NCBI GenBank assembly: GCA_002269645.1 | Contig: NIVC01002262.1 | Coordinates: forward strand, 1 to 64,000 | Direction: 5' to 3' | Length of the DNA stretch: 64,000 nt | Source: Macrostomum lignano | Lineage: Eukaryota | In this document: positions 61,915-64,000 of the stretch, in pieces | Numbering within the stretch: position 1 is the stretch's first letter | Layout: every line of letters starts with the position of its first letter | Notes under the pieces: model-generated | What the model was told of the DNA's origin: nothing | What the model saw: the letters and a program-made list of their open reading frames with translations, nothing else | Databases searched by the model: none | Program-made: the position numbers and the translations under genes

Positions 61915-62293
61915 GGAGCTAAACTCTTGTCTAGGACACTAAATTGGTGCTAAACTCTTGTCTAGGACACTAAATTGGTGCTAAACTCTTGTCTAGGACA
62001 CTAAATTGGTGCTAAACTCTTGTCTAGGACACTAAATTGGTGCTAAACTCTTGTCTAGGACACTAAATTGGTGCTAAACTCTTGTCTAGGACACTAAATT
62101 GGTGCTAAACTCTTGTCTAGGACACTAAATTGGTGCTAAACTCTTGTCTAGGACACTAAATTGGTGCCAAACTCTTGTCTAGGACACTAAATTGGTGCTA
62201 AACTCTTGTCTAGGACACTAAATTGGTGCCAAACTCTTCTCTAGGACACTAAATTGGTGCTAAAATCTTGTCTAGGACACTAAATTGGTGCTA
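61915..62293. repeat. 31-bp minisatellite (CTAAACTCTTGTCTAGGACACTAAATTGGTG), ASK1 intron 1
   Basis: Direct reading. Confidence 0.95.
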
Positions 62294-63125
62294 AGGTTTT
62301 TATTTTTGCTACAAACAATTTTCAGACAAAAAAGCGTTTTAAAAGCGAAACAGGCCTTTTATTACAGAATTAAAAATCGAGCTACATTTTTAACAGATTT
62401 CACCAGCTATTATTGTCTATGCCTTGTTTATTTCATAAATAGAAATGCTTTCTTAGTGCTAAATATTATTCTATACAGTTTAAAATGCACAATTCAAATT
62501 TTAAAACTTTCAATTCGACAAATTTGGCTTGAAATTTGACCAGCTGGGCAAATTAAAATAGGCTCTAATTGAAATGGCTGCGATAATTATTACCATTGAC
62601 AAAGTATAGCATAAAATAAGCATAGAACTATTAAATTATGCGGTTCCATCGTTTATTTTAGCAGTGCTTTTTTATCCATGACTGCAGAATTTAGCTGTCA
62701 GCAGCTGTCGAATCAAAAGTTTAAACAAAATGAACCTTACACCTCTAAGAATTCTTTTAGATCACAGGGGTAGGCGAACTTTTTATCCTCAGAGGCAGAT
62801 AAATAATTTAGCTCGCGTCTGCGGGCCAGATTAGAGAGGAAGGGAGAAGAAATAGAGGAGAGAGATGAAAAAGAAAGGAGAGGAGAGGCGAGAATGGAGA
62901 ATAGATGAGAGATAAATGCTAGGAGAAAAGAGGAGAAAGAGAGGAGAGGAGAGGAGAGGAGGGGAGAGCTGAGAAAAGACCCTGAGCGGGCCGAGTAGCT
63001 ATTGTGGAGTTTCAAAGAACCCGAGAGCCGGACAGAGAGGCTTTGTGGGCTAGAGTTCGCCCTCCTCTGTCAAGACTCGCACACACTAAGCCTATAGTCC
63101 AAGACAATTTTTTCAGTTGTCTCAC

Positions 63126-63355
63126 CGCTTGCAGGCTCGCTCAACATCGGCGAACGCCTTCTGACGGGGAGCCGTTGACGTCAATGACGGCGACGCCGGG
63201 GCGGCGGTTCCCAGAGGCGCGGTCTGGTCGACAACACAAACAACGCGGAGTCGCGACGCGGAGCCGCAGCCGCCAGATGTTGAACCGGCAGCTGAGGCGG
63301 CGGCTGCAGCAGCGCCACCGCTCGAGGCAGCCTGCTGGCTGTGCAAGCTTGCGGC
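63126..63355 (-). CDS. MAP3K5: ASK1/MAP3K5-family kinase, first recognisable coding exon (no ATG)
   Basis: RLRVVCVVDQ...RQKAFADVERACKR resembles the ASK1-family N-terminus; acceptor ttgcAG at 63357-63356; phase-2 donor GTGAGA at 63125. Confidence 0.75.
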
Positions 63356-63445
63356 CTGCAATTTTGCAATAAGTTTAGCTTGTCAAAATCGTTTCTAGCC
63401 TACTTGCAGTAGAGTAGTGGGACATTTCTGGATAATTTTTTGTAA

Positions 63446-63495
63446 GGGGGCGGCGGCGCTGACGTAAATCGAGGCCAGGCCGCACGCACGCGGAC
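63446..63495 (-). promoter_or_regulatory. Candidate ASK1 promoter patch (GC box and CRE-like TGACGTAA)
   Basis: GGGGCGGCGG at about 63447-63456 and TGACGTAA at 63460-63467 in a short CpG-rich patch about 100 bp upstream of the first exon acceptor. Confidence 0.3.
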
Positions 63496-64000
63496 CAAGG
63501 ACTACTCAAGCAGAAGGAAGACCTAAGAAGGAAGGCAGACCTGATGTTAATCTTTTGACCAAGGACTACTCAAGCAGAAGGCAGACCTAATGTTAATCTT
63601 TCGATCAAGGACTACTCAAGCAGAAGGAAAACCTAAGAAAGAAGGCAGACCTGATGTTAATCTTTCGATCAAGGACTACTCAAGCAGAAGGAAAACCTAA
63701 GAAAGAAGGCAGACCTGATGTTAATCTTTCGATCAAGGACTACTCAAGCAGAAGGAAGACCTAATGTTAATCTTTTGATCAAGGACTACTCAAGCAGAAG
63801 GAAGACCCAATGTTAATCTTTTGATCAAGGACTACTCAAGCAGAAGGAAGACCCAATGTTAATCTTTTGATCAAGGACTACTCAAGCAGAAGGAAGACCC
63901 AATATTAATCTTTTGACCAAGGACTACTCAAGCAGAAGGAAGGCAGACCTAATGTTAATCTTTTGATCAAGGACTACTCAAGCAGAAGGAAGACCTAATG
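63494..64000. repeat. About 46-bp minisatellite (CAAGGACTACTCAAGCAGAAGGAAGACCTAATGTTAATCTTTTGAT), runs off the window
   Basis: Direct reading. Confidence 0.92.

Overview
Eukaryotic (animal) genomic DNA. The GC-rich Ala/Gln-rich exons, GTGAG donors and minisatellite-packed introns suggest a free-living flatworm such as Macrostomum; this is inference, not proven. There are three spliced genes. (1) The 3' part of an ANKHD1/ANKRD17/Mask ankyrin-repeat + KH gene (+, 5 exons, 32-7318) with many 1-nt frameshifts. (2) A group I-type metabotropic glutamate receptor (+, 7 exons, 14739-33343); its last three exons reappear at 36846-39032 after a 777-N gap, most likely an unmerged contig/haplotype overlap. 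(3) A frame-intact ASK1/MAP3K5-family kinase (-, 9 exons, 63355-47645, about 1450 aa) with no in-frame ATG. 16 of the 18 introns carry tandem arrays, nearly all with a different unit. The window also holds two tRNA-derived SINE families (one with a CORE domain, one full-length copy with a 13-bp TSD) and a hAT-like non-autonomous element with an 8-bp TSD that carries a minisatellite. Best leads: the ASK1 start codon may be supplied by a spliced-leader AUG, and a 1.7-kb (GGGACU)n G4/DRACH array lies directly behind a splice donor.
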